A stretch of 64,000 bases of DNA from an uncultured Chloroflexia bacterium (lineage in GTDB: Bacteria > Chloroflexota > Anaerolineae > Aggregatilineales > Phototrophicaceae), in contig CAVVXQ010000009.1 in the NCBI GenBank assembly GCA_963752305.1, forward strand, positions 1,795,759-1,859,758. The letters are read 5' to 3'. The notes beneath the pieces were generated by a model. The model saw only the letters and a list, made by a program, of their open reading frames with translations, was not told where the DNA came from and did not search any database. How positions within the stretch are numbered: the stretch's first letter is position 1; every line of letters starts with the position of its first letter. This document shows, piece by piece, positions 52,589 to 63,035 of this stretch. The translations under genes were made by a program, and so were the position numbers.

Positions 52589-54892
52589 CTATTTGCCGAT
52601 GTACGATGCCTCTTCTGAGATTGGGTCGTAGAGTTCTTCCGCTATCTCTTGGTTGTCCAGTTGCGCGTACCGCTTTTGCAGCCACGAAAGCACATCCGAT
52701 TGACTCTTTGGTGTGTAGTATTGGATAGACAGTTGGCGAATGCGTTCTGCCCGTCGCTCAGCCTCTTCATGCGGTATGCGGGGCGGTGTCGCCATCAGAC
52801 TGAATGCTGGTTGCTGCTGCCCCTGATAGCGCAGCCACACGGCGGCTTGAAACTTGTCCAAGTTCAACAAGTCCTCCGCACTAAAGTGTGGGCGGGTATA
52901 GTGAGCAAGCTCGCGTGCGTCGTCATCACCACCGGACTGGAAGGCAACTACCATGCCCACATTCCCTTTAACGGCATTCCATGTACTTCCTTGCAGTTGC
53001 TTCAAGTATTGATTTGCAAGGGTCAGCGAGAGATTGAACTTGCGAGCTTCCGAGAATAAAGTGTCCATCGTACTGGTCGTGAAGTGTTGCGTTTCATCCA
53101 CATAGGCATAGACTGGCGAACCTTTGGCTGCCCCATGCATGATCGCGGCCTGCAGACAAGTCACGATCAATGAACCAATCAACTGTTGTTCCCGGCTAGG
53201 AATGCGCTCATCCGAGGTCTTGAGGGATACCAGAATTATCTTGCGCTGGCGGATGAGGGTGGCGAAGTCGAGTCCATCCGGATGACATAAAACTGTGCGG
53301 ATCGCCTTATTGCGATAGAAGGTGCGGATCCGTCGGGTTACGGGGCCGCTTACCTGTCGCTGCTGGCTGTCTGACATCGCACCGAAGTCATTTCGCCAAA
53401 ACTCTTGGGTGACATCATCTTCGACCTGTCGCAGTAAGTTGGTGCGGTAGCCCGCGTCAAGGAACAACCGATTGACATCCCAAAGCGTAGCCTCTGAATC
53501 ACTCTGAAGTGCCAGTAATGCATTTTCCAGCGCATCGCTGGTTTGCGGCATGTCTTTTAGATCAGGATATAAGCCATACAGAACGTCCAATATCCGCCCG
53601 AGTCCCACATCGTCGTGTAACCCACGCATGGGATTAAGCGGGAGTGGATAGTCGGAATTTCCAAGATCAAGCAGTACCACATCGCGCTCGCGGTGCTCGG
53701 GAATACTGGTTCGCAGAACCTGATCTACCAACGTTCCATGGGGATCAATCACGATCACACCGTTGTGGCGCATAATGTCCTGATGGATCAATTGGTGCAG
53801 GAAGTTGCTCTTCCCTACTCCGGCTTTGCCAACCACTAAGCAGTGGGTGCGGCGGTCTTCATCGGGCAGATACACCGGTTCACTACGTCCAGCATACTGG
53901 TTTGTACCAATGCAAAGGCCGTTGCGTTTGCCTTTGAACACTTGCGGTAGTTCCACCTGTGCGGTCTTCGTCCAGGCAATCGTGGTCGCCTGAAACTCAC
54001 GATGTGGTAGATGCCACAGTGCACCAATTTCTCGTGGTTCCAGGACTAGCCGCGTATCTCGGCGCTGCTTCTGGAGTGCCTTAGTCTGTTTCGATGGCAG
54101 TCCAAGCGTCAGGTATGTACCAAGTGCGCTGGTCAACAGGTCGGTTTCATCGTCACCCACATGAGCGACTTCGAGTTGTCCATTCCCTCCATACCATCGA
54201 ATACCGTTGTACGAGGCTTCATCAAAGTGAATGGTCTGATTGTCGATAGAAAGCAGTATATCCAACCGCTCTGGATAGGGACTGTCAATCTGAATCATAA
54301 CGCTGCACTGATACAGGGCGCGTTGCAACTTGTCCACAAATACTCTCTGATCCTCGGGGACATACCGGTCTACTTTCTGTGGGAACAGAAAACCGAGTAA
54401 TGATCCATCGTACACATTGCGCTTAATCCGCTGGGTTCCTTCGGTATATGCATCTGGCAGCAATCCGGTGACAAACACGGTATAGATGATCTGCTCACCC
54501 GGTTGCAATCCGGTCATCGTTTGGGTGAGAGCAGCCAACGGATCAGCAGAAGGCTTGATACCCTCAACATGTTTGATGGGAGCAACAAACTCTGGCACTA
54601 GATAGCCATAGGGAATAAGCAGTCGATGAGTTACCCCGTCGTTCTGCCGACAGTCAACCAGCGTGTCAATGCGGATATTCGCCTCCGGGTAGGTTGCCTG
54701 TATCGCGGTTCGCATTCCTTCGGGCTCGCGCTCCAATAGGTCAATGATTTGCCATTCAACATAAGAAGCACGGGCCACGATACGAAAGAGGAGCGAGTTG
54801 TAGCCATACAGGAGTTGTTCGATGAGGTGAGAGGCGCGTTGCGCCTCCCACTCATTCCGTTTAGGAACGGTGATCGTATACACTAAAATCAT
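52589..54892 (-). CDS. Type IV coupling protein / HerA-FtsK-like ATPase
   Basis: H.LVVGKAGVGKS, VIDPHG.L, YVDETQHF, SEARKF, ANQY..QL, GNVG. Confidence 0.85.
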   Translation of the reverse strand: MILVYTITVPKRNEWEAQRASHLIEQLLYGYNSLLFRIVARASYVEWQIIDLLEREPEGMRTAIQATYPEANIRIDTLVDCRQNDGVTHRLLIPYGYLVPEFVAPIKHVEGIKPSADPLAALTQTMTGLQPGEQIIYTVFVTGLLPDAYTEGTQRIKRNVYDGSLLGFLFPQKVDRYVPEDQRVFVDKLQRALYQCSVMIQIDSPYPERLDILLSIDNQTIHFDEASYNGIRWYGGNGQLEVAHVGDDETDLLTSALGTYLTLGLPSKQTKALQKQRRDTRLVLEPREIGALWHLPHREFQATTIAWTKTAQVELPQVFKGKRNGLCIGTNQYAGRSEPVYLPDEDRRTHCLVVGKAGVGKSNFLHQLIHQDIMRHNGVIVIDPHGTLVDQVLRTSIPEHRERDVVLLDLGNSDYPLPLNPMRGLHDDVGLGRILDVLYGLYPDLKDMPQTSDALENALLALQSDSEATLWDVNRLFLDAGYRTNLLRQVEDDVTQEFWRNDFGAMSDSQQRQVSGPVTRRIRTFYRNKAIRTVLCHPDGLDFATLIRQRKIILVSLKTSDERIPSREQQLIGSLIVTCLQAAIMHGAAKGSPVYAYVDETQHFTTSTMDTLFSEARKFNLSLTLANQYLKQLQGSTWNAVKGNVGMVVAFQSGGDDDARELAHYTRPHFSAEDLLNLDKFQAAVWLRYQGQQQPAFSLMATPPRIPHEEAERRAERIRQLSIQYYTPKSQSDVLSWLQKRYAQLDNQEIAEELYDPISEEASYIGK

Positions 54893-54902
54893 GGCATCCG
54901 TC

Positions 54903-55091
54903 CTATTGCTGCCCGTCAGTATCAAACAAGTCCGCTTGAGCCGGATTGAGCTTGTTCTGACGACGGTTGAGTACCCACGCGGTAAAGAGGGCCAAAATGC
55001 CAAAGAGCCAGCGCAAAATTCGGAAGGTTAGCTTGGTGTACTCCCACATCTCGGCAAAAACAAATTCCACAAAACCATTCATGATAAGCAC
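54903..55091 (-). CDS. Small membrane protein heading the mobilization operon
   Basis: RBS GGAGG upstream, one hydrophobic segment, abuts the ATPase gene. Confidence 0.5.
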   Translation of the reverse strand: MLIMNGFVEFVFAEMWEYTKLTFRILRWLFGILALFTAWVLNRRQNKLNPAQADLFDTDGQQ

Positions 55092-55296
55092 CTCCGACGT
55101 TCCCTACTCCTTCCCAAACGGTAGTGTTTGAGTGCTCTTAGTAAATAGGAAAATTTGGTTCAGCGTCGATCCCATTTCTAGTGCCACATTTTCCCATACC
55201 TGAGCTATACTGTGGGATATATGCCTTAGGGAATATAGTTCCGTTGCACTATCTTTAAGTCTAGCGTCTAGGTGGTACACCAAAGGAAGTAATCAT

Positions 55297-56643
55297 TTGA
55301 GCATAGATGCTAAAGAATTCGGACTTCGCTTGCGGAACCTACGCAAGGATGTAGGATTCTCCCTAAACGAATTGGCGGAGCAGTCATATGTGAGCAAGAG
55401 TACGGTTGGTCGATGGGAAACAGGAAAAAGTCTGCCTGATGTCGAGGAACTATATTGGTTGTGTAAGGCTCTTCAATGTTCCCCGGAGCAACTTCTACGA
55501 ACACACATCAAGGACAACAGTGAAGGTATTGAATATGGCTCCGACCTAAGTTGGCGAGTAAACACCCCATATACCATCCGTTTCGGTGCCAACAAGCAGC
55601 GGTCTGAAGAAGATATCGCAAACGCTGTGGAAATATTTCGCTTAATCGCCCAGCAGGGAATGGGGTTTGATGACATTCAGCACCACAGCTTAAAATTTCG
55701 AGGTTTTGCGCGTGAAACCCTTCGTCAACTGGTCAAAGTAGCTCTATTTTCGTCGGTGATTTAGTTGATTGATGTTAAATGTGACGATGAGTTAGCAGAG
55801 GCAGTGCTCCGAAAATATAGACCCCACTTGCATCAATGTTTTGTGGCAAAGACAGCTCTACTACCTGATCCGCTAATCGATACAACTATTCGTACGGAGG
55901 CTGTCGCCTATCTTGCAGTCAAGCACACACTTAACACCCTGCCCAGGCATGGGAGAGTAGGAATAACAGGGGGGACAACAATCTCCCGATTTGTCGATTT
56001 ACTTCCACCTGCAATCCCGGAACTAAGTGCCATCGAATGGTATCCCCTCCTTGCGGTACCACAACAAAAGGAGCGCACGGGACTTTCCGCAAACAGTGTG
56101 ATTACGCGATTGTTGCATAGTCAGCCAGGAACAAAAGGGTATAGACTATCGTTTGTTGACACTTCACAACGGGACGGTGATGGTTTGGACAAGCTTACTG
56201 CTTACTCTCGTCAATTTATCGAGGATGCGCGCCTAGTCATGGAACAGGCAAAAACGGTCTCCGGTGCCTTCATTTCAGTTGGCACACCAGAATACAAGTA
56301 TGAGACCTCTGATGCCCACCTGGGACTTCCACATTTATGGTCGGTATTTTCAGCTATGAATCAGACAGATCAACAACATTGTGTAGGTGATCTTCTCCTA
56401 AATCTAGTCGATGAACACGGGAATCCTTGTGGTTCAGATGCAAACCAAAGTGCAAATACTGCCCTCGTATATTCAATTGGGCTTGAGACCTTGCGACAAA
56501 TCGCGAAGTCGGGTTCCGTCTGGGTACTGGCAGCGCGTGCTCGAAAAGGCAAAGCACGAGTCATTAAGGGAGCACTGGAAGCAGAACTCATCAACAGTAT
56601 TGTTGTTGATGCGACCATCGCCCACGAGCTCCTTGAATTATGA
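55297..56643 (+). CDS. XRE-HTH + SorC/CggR-type sugar-binding domain regulator, interrupted by an in-frame TAG at 55762-55764
   Basis: LRNLRK...SLNELA..VSKSTVGRWETG; VGITGGTTI, ISVG, VGDL...D..G, K...I..AL....NSIV.D; both ORFs share one frame. Confidence 0.75.
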
Positions 56644-56805
56644 CGGGCATTGGGACAAGTATCCATTCTGTTTCAAGTTACTTTGCCAGATCAACCAACA
56701 TCCGAAATCGTTCATCAGTATCGGCATCTAGGCAGAGCCATTTACCATTCCTAGCTGCGTTGAGCGCATGAACGCCGAGAGTTCCATTGCCTTTTAGAAG
56801 GGTGG

Positions 56806-57036
56806 TTATCTAAACGAATGTAGGGACTCCCTAACAAGAGTAAATTCCCCGCTTTTTAGTTGCAGGTGATAGTGTTCGGTTCGGTTACGAAACACTGTTT
56901 GGAAGGCTTGCAGGAGTTCTGGGGCTCGTTCTGAAACGAGATGCTGGTCTGTCTCCATCCTCACCAAAACATCGTACAGAGACAGAGCGGAGAGAAGTAG
57001 CAAACCCGATATTCGCCAAAGTTTTCTTCCACTCAT
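56806..57036 (-). CDS. Small hypothetical protein
   Basis: 76-aa ORF with hydrophobic N-terminus inside the element; no recognised motif. Confidence 0.3.
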   Translation of the reverse strand: MSGRKLWRISGLLLLSALSLYDVLVRMETDQHLVSERAPELLQAFQTVFRNRTEHYHLQLKSGEFTLVRESLHSFR

Positions 57037-57078
57037 ACAATAGTCAGTAGAGACAAATAATTAGTCTGGAAGTCAAAC

Positions 57079-58613
57079 ATGCTTGCCACCGTCCATGCCT
57101 GCGCTCTTGTCGGTCTTGAAGGATGTATCGTTAACGTCGAAGTTGATTTCAATCCCCGCGCAGGCATCCCTGCATTTACGATTGTCGGCTTGCCCGACAC
57201 GGCTGTTAAAGAGAGCCGGGAGCGCGTTCGGGCGGCCATCAAGAAAGCCATTTGAGTTTTCCGAACAAAGTCTATGTGGTGAATTTATCACCTGCCGACC
57301 TACCCAAACATGGCCCATCCTATGATCTCGCCATCGCCATCGGTGTGTTAGCCGCCACCGATCAAGTACCGTTAGGGGCAATCGACGGATCAGTCTTTCT
57401 AGGAGAGTTATCGCTGGATGGCAGTGTGAGGCACGTCAAAGGCATTATGCCGATGGTCTACACAGCGCAGCAAACGGGCTACCAATGCGCCATCGTCCCG
57501 GCTGACGATGCGGAAGAAGCCGGTCTGGTCGAAGGAATACAGATTATTCCAGTTCACAATCTGGGCGATCTGGTCGAGCATCTCTACGAATTGAACCCGA
57601 TTGCCCCCTACATATCTCATACCACGCCGATGGACGAGCCAGAGGGTCTGCCCGATGGGATGGTCGATTTTGCCGATGTAAAAGGACAGCAGCTTGTCAA
57701 ACGGGCGCTCGAAGTAGCGGCAGGTGGCAATCACAACCTTCGCCTGATTGGCCCGCCGGGGACAGGTAAAACCCTGCTCGCACGCGCCATCCCCGGCATT
57801 CTACCAAAATTAAGCTACGAGGAAGCATTAGAAGTCACACGTATCTATTCGGTGGCGGACATGCTGCAATCGAATCAGCCGTTGAAGCGATCACGGCCCT
57901 TCCGCGCGCCGCATCACACCATCAGTCAGGCTGGTATGGTAGGCGGTGGTGCAATCCCCAGACCGGGAGAAGTTACCCTATCGCACCGGGGTGTGTTGTT
58001 CCTGGACGAATGTACCGAACACAGTGTCAGAACGCTGGAAGCTCTACGGCAGCCGATTGAGGATAAAACCGTCACAATCTCGCGTGCTAAAGGCACATTA
58101 ACCTTCCCGGCCAATTTCTTACTGGTCTTAGCTCAAAATCCCTGTCCATGCGGCCATTTTGGGGATTCCGCCAAAACCTGTACCTGCACACCGACCATGA
58201 TCGCGCGTTATCAAAGTAAGTTGTCTGGCCCTTTACTGGATCGGATCGACATCCATGTGGATGTGCCGCGTGTGGACTACGACAAACTGCTGGGCACAGA
58301 ACGCGGCGAAACGTCGGCTGTTATTCGAGAGCGGGTGGAAAAAGCACGAACTCGACAACGCGAACGCTTCGCCAACCATCCGCATCTCTTTGCCAATGCC
58401 GACATGGGGGTGAGTGAAATTCAGGAGTTTTGTATCCTGACACCGGAAGCGCGTCAAGTGCTGGAACTCTCTGTCCGCCGGATGCAATTGAGTGCCCGCG
58501 CCTATCACCGAGTTCTGAAACTCAGCCGCACCATTGCCGATCTGGCTGAAAGTGACCGAATTGATGTGCCGCATGTGGCCGAGTCACTCCAGTATCGTCC
58601 CCACCAGCAATGA
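57079..58613 (+). CDS. comM: ComM/YifB Mg-chelatase-like AAA+ ATPase, restored by an element-borne 5' end (1-nt deletion near 57246)
   Basis: ATG 57079 MLATVHAC...; [52 protein letters not shown]. Confidence 0.9.
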
Positions 58614-58619
58614 GACAAT

Positions 58620-59840
58620 CTATCCAGACACGTACTTCTCATACAGGCGCATCGTGTGTAGATAGGCATCCGGGTAATATTCTTCCGGCGTAATATCCAG
58701 TTCCACCGTTCGGACTGGTTTTTCCAAAACAGTCGGTTTAGTTGCCGCGAAATCCTTAATCACCTGTGCGTGGGGTTTCAAGGTGCCATCAGGGCGCACC
58801 AGACCAAAAAATCGTTCATGATGCGCCTCGTCACACGGCGGTTTATCCCAGAGTTCCTCAATATAATCGGCATAACACCAGATAAACGCGCCCGTTGAAC
58901 CGACCTCAACCAACTTCGGCAGCAACGCCGCCAGGTAGGTTGCCATGTCTTCCTCGGACGCCATGAATTGGGTTCGTGGCTCTCCATAGGCCGTCCATGC
59001 CCAGGTTTCTGAGGCTTTCCCCGGCGCTGTGGTACAACCGCCAAATTCTTCCATTAAGGTGGGTTTGCCACACAAGGCGCTGACCAGAGCACAGGTAAAG
59101 GGCACAAAATCCGGGTCAAGCGGGTCACGCGCGAATGGCATGTACATGGGGTACGAGTGCATCACCGCTACATCCGTTTCGGCAAATATCTTGTCGATAT
59201 GCAGGCCGTTGTCGTAGAGTAGGCTGGCCTGATGTAAACCACATGTCACCAGATGTTGGGCGTCAATTTCCTTGATGATAGCCACCATTTCCTTCACCCA
59301 GGCGCGTCCGGCGGCAGCGTCATGTGGCAGGGAAAATAAATCGGGTTCATTCCCTAAGTTCCACATCCACATAGCCGGATGGTCCTTCAATGCCCCTACC
59401 ACCGTTCGCAGCAGCAGGCGTTCTGCATCTAATGCCATCGGGTCGTGAAAAACGTTGCGGTAACCACCGCTCATGACCTTCCCGCCGCTCACCACCTGTC
59501 GAGGCTGATTGGTTGGTGTGGGCGCAGTCGGGTCGAGCAGCCACGATGGCGACCAGTTTGGTCCGCTCATGTGTCCGGTGAAAAAGGTTAAATCCAGCTT
59601 CAGGCCATTTTCCGCCGCGATGTCACAAACCGTTATTAAATCGCGCATCCGTTCGGATGAAACAGCATCTGGTGTGGGTTGGAAGTCCTCCCACAACAGG
59701 AAAAATCGTACTACCGTGATACCTAAATCGCGGATGATCGAAAATTCTTCGCGCACTTCCCCCGCGTCAAAATGCTTCCACCAGTACATAGCCTTCCGGC
59801 GCGGCCAGTAATTCACACCGAGTAAAAATGGTTCACTCAA
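58620..59840 (-). CDS. Clan GH-A glycoside hydrolase (GH5-like beta-mannanase/cellulase family)
   Basis: GVNYWP, WNLGNEP (acid/base), HSYP, MEEFG (nucleophile), FGL. Confidence 0.82.
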   Translation of the reverse strand: MSEPFLLGVNYWPRRKAMYWWKHFDAGEVREEFSIIRDLGITVVRFFLLWEDFQPTPDAVSSERMRDLITVCDIAAENGLKLDLTFFTGHMSGPNWSPSWLLDPTAPTPTNQPRQVVSGGKVMSGGYRNVFHDPMALDAERLLLRTVVGALKDHPAMWMWNLGNEPDLFSLPHDAAAGRAWVKEMVAIIKEIDAQHLVTCGLHQASLLYDNGLHIDKIFAETDVAVMHSYPMYMPFARDPLDPDFVPFTCALVSALCGKPTLMEEFGGCTTAPGKASETWAWTAYGEPRTQFMASEEDMATYLAALLPKLVEVGSTGAFIWCYADYIEELWDKPPCDEAHHERFFGLVRPDGTLKPHAQVIKDFAATKPTVLEKPVRTVELDITPEEYYPDAYLHTMRLYEKYVSG

Positions 59841-59903
59841 AATTGTTCTCCAGAGGGATGAATAGGGTGTCGCAGTCCGTGAGCATATCCAATCGCCTGT
59901 TGA

Positions 59904-59932
59904 TTGACAAATAGAACAAAAGTTCGTATAAT
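59904..59932 (+). promoter_or_regulatory. Consensus sigma70 promoter with LexA (SOS) box in the spacer
   Basis: TTGACA (59904-59909), 17-bp spacer, TATAAT (59927-59932); GAAC-AAAA-GTTC at 59914-59925. Confidence 0.85.
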
Positions 59933-59938
59933 AACCTG

Positions 59939-61087
59939 ATGAATATTCACCGGACAGCAGACACCCTCCAAAAACTCGCTCAAATAGGTGATTCCACCCA
60001 GTTTGAACCGGCGGGCGATCAACCCCAGGCTGAAAAGCGCCTTAGGAAGCGCGGGGTGGATATGCTTCCCTGTGTGTCCAATGTGTCTACCCCAACCGGC
60101 ACGATGCCGGTGATGAAATCCATGATGACCACCGCCTGCGAACGGAACTGCAATTACTGTCCGTTTCGCGCGGGTCGTGGCAAAACCCGGCGTGTCACCA
60201 TTAAACCGGATGAGATGGCCTCGACTTTCGACCAGTTGCAGCGTGGTGGGATTGCAAAAGGGTTATTTCTGTCGTCGGGCATTATTAAAGGCAGCATCAC
60301 CACACAGGACAAAATCCTGGACACGGTGGAAATCATCCGGCAGAAGTATCACTATCAGGGATACATCCATCTCAAGATCATGCCGGGAGCGGAGTACGAT
60401 CAGGTTTATCGTGCGATGCAGCTTGCAAATCGGGTGTCGATCAATCTGGAAGGCCCAACCGAGGAACGCCTGTCTGCCCTCGCCCCCAAAAAAGATTTCG
60501 TGGGCGAATTGTTGCAGCGGTTGGCCTGGGCGCATGAAATCCGGCAATCGGGTATTCGCGCCAGCACAGTAACTCAGTTTGTCGTCGGGGCGGTGGGCGA
60601 TACCGACCTGGAAATCCTGTCCATCAGTGAGCGACTCTACCAGCAGATGGGTATCAGCCGAGCCTATTTTTCTGGCTTCAGCCCGATTATTGACACTCCT
60701 TTTGAAAACCTGAACTCTACCCTACCCGTTCGGGAATTCCGGCTGTACCAATCGAGCTTTTTGCTGCGGGATTACGGCTGGAGTGTCGAAGAACTGCCAT
60801 TTGAGGGCGAGGGCAATCTGCGGCTGGACATTGATCCCAAACGCGCCTGGGCAGATATACACCTGCGCCAGCAGCCATTGGATGTGATGCACGCCGAACG
60901 CGGCGAACTGATGCGGATTCCCGGTATCGGGCCGAAAGGGGCAGATGCGATTCTGCGGGCGCGTAAAGCGGGACACCTATCCGACCTGGGGCATTTACGG
61001 GCGATTGGGATTCGCGCGCCGGAGCAGGCCGCACCGTATATTCTGCTGGATGGACGCCGCCCCCCGGTTCAGTTACCTTTGTTTTAG
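59939..61087 (+). CDS. Putative DNA modification/repair radical SAM protein with HhH domain
   Basis: CERNCNYC, GLFLSSG, GYIHLK, RLYQSSFLLR.YG, DPK.AWA, RIPGIGPKGA HhH. Confidence 0.88.
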   Translation: MNIHRTADTLQKLAQIGDSTQFEPAGDQPQAEKRLRKRGVDMLPCVSNVSTPTGTMPVMKSMMTTACERNCNYCPFRAGRGKTRRVTIKPDEMASTFDQLQRGGIAKGLFLSSGIIKGSITTQDKILDTVEIIRQKYHYQGYIHLKIMPGAEYDQVYRAMQLANRVSINLEGPTEERLSALAPKKDFVGELLQRLAWAHEIRQSGIRASTVTQFVVGAVGDTDLEILSISERLYQQMGISRAYFSGFSPIIDTPFENLNSTLPVREFRLYQSSFLLRDYGWSVEELPFEGEGNLRLDIDPKRAWADIHLRQQPLDVMHAERGELMRIPGIGPKGADAILRARKAGHLSDLGHLRAIGIRAPEQAAPYILLDGRRPPVQLPLF

Positions 61088-61318
61088 GAGAAGCGCAATA
61101 ACCTCCCGTGTTTGCGGCAGTACCCCCAAAAAGACAGTTTTTCTGCCATAAACGAGGGAAGATACTGCGGAACTTATAGAAATTTGTGCAACAAAATTTA
61201 GTCACATTCGCTACATTAGACCCATGACTCCGACCCAGAACTTAGCCGAATGTCTCAGCGCGGAAGATATAGCCCATACAGATGGTGTGCCAGAGGTTGG
61301 AAAGCGGGTTTGAGGTCA

Positions 61319-62892
61319 TCAGTTATTGGGTGAAAGCACGATAATCTGTGGCTGGCGCAGATATTTCTCGCGGATCGCAGCCGTCGCGGCGAACTGCTGC
61401 GGTGTCAACAGCGACCAGAAAAATGTGGGGTCAACGATTTTTCCTGCTCCAGCATCCGCATATTTTCGCAACCAGTCGAAGAAGGCATCTGTTCCCAACT
61501 CGTTCCTTAAATCGTTGAGCATCCGCACCCCACGCAGGTAAACCGCGTTGATATAAGCACGGCGCGACTTCAAATTCATAAACGGTGCTGTCCACATAAC
61601 CATCAGGAGCATAGGCATCAACCCGAAAACTCCACCACCAGTCCCTTAGCGCCGGATAATATTCTTCGATGAAGACAAATTCGCTGTAAGTCGCCAGGGC
61701 TTCATCCAGCCAGGGGTTAATGGCCTGGTCGTTCCCTACCCGCCCATACCACCATTGATGGGAAATTTCATGGACGGTGATAAGCATCAAATAGGAAGTT
61801 GGCCCATTAAATCCACGAAAATATTCCCCGCCCACAAACACCAGACCACTGAACTCCATGCCATCGGGGAAATCGCCCTGAACGATCACCATCCGTTTAT
61901 AGGGGAAGTTCCCATACAAATCGCTGTACATTGCAAGGGCGCTGGTCGCCACATCCAGCGCAAACGCCGGGGTCGAGATTTCCCCGGCTGTAGTCTGAAG
62001 GATGGCATCATCATAACTATAGAGTTCGACTGTCACCCCGTTTTCAGTATCTTTACTCAACACCTTAAATTCGGTACTCATGCTCAAACTAAAATCGCGC
62101 GCATTGGAGAGCGAAAATTCCCAGTGTCCGGGTTCATCCCGCACGATGTCTCCCGGCGCGGCGACCTTTAAACCTTCGGGGGCGTCGTCGATATTCAGTG
62201 TTACATCCCAGTCAGCATCATCCAGCACATCCTGTTCGCCAATAGGAACCTCTTCATGGCTCACCCAATCTTCGCCCTGCCGCACCGCGATGGTCGGCAG
62301 CCAGTGTCCCAGATTGATCTGGCGATAGGTGTAACCGAGATAACCCTTGTAGGCATTTACCCCATTCGGATCAATCGGTGGAATTTCCAACCGAAAATTC
62401 AACGTCAGGCGAATTGTACAATCGGGTTCAAGTTCACCCGGAAGATCGACTACCAATCGCTGCCCGGTCAGGTCATAGGAAAGTTCGTCATCCTGCAATG
62501 TCACCGATTTCGAGCGAAAAAACCTTCGGATACCCATTGGCGCGGACATTCAGCACTAGTTGGTCAAATGCATCTTTTGTCCGATTGGTATAGTGGACAT
62601 CCTGGCGTACCATGACCGTGCGATGCTGATAGGCGACATCCGCTTCAACCCGGTAAGTGACGCTGGTTGCATCAGTTTGCGTACCACACTGGAAAAGCGG
62701 TGGGCGTGTCGTCGCCGATGCCTGAGGACTGGGTACAATATGGATTTGGCGATCAATTGTCGGGACGGGCGTGGTCTGTAATACTCGAACTGTCGTCGCA
62801 GTTGGCTGTGGCAGAACAACCTGTGCGGACGTAAATGCACATGCCGTTAAGACGAGTACGAAAATGAGGGGCATAAAGCGCAGTTTCGGCAT
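61319..62892 (-). CDS. M1-family zinc metallopeptidase lipoprotein (split by indels near 62520 and 61560)
   Basis: Lipobox LTAC, GMEFSG, HEISHQWW..18..DEALATY, VYLRG. Confidence 0.82.
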
Positions 62893-63035
62893 AAGCGCAT
62901 CATACCCCGCACAACTTGAATTGCCAATATGCGTATAGTATGCGGTGGTTTTTTACACAACTTTCGCAGCTAATGTATTGCGAATGTGTTATATTGTAAT
63001 GATCCTAAACATACTTTAATTGGGAAGGGGGGAAC

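Larger units (their letters stand above)
46908..57268. mobile_element. ~10.2-kb integrative (probably mobilizable) element inserted in comM
   Basis: Bounded by near-identical comM segments 46908-47043 and 57134-57268; carries a serine recombinase, relaxase, coupling ATPase and HTH regulator. Confidence 0.88.

Noticed and set aside
55762-55764. Pyrrolysine or recoded amber read-through
   Set aside because: Many genes in the window end in TAG and no pyl genes are visible; an error or nonsense mutation is simpler.
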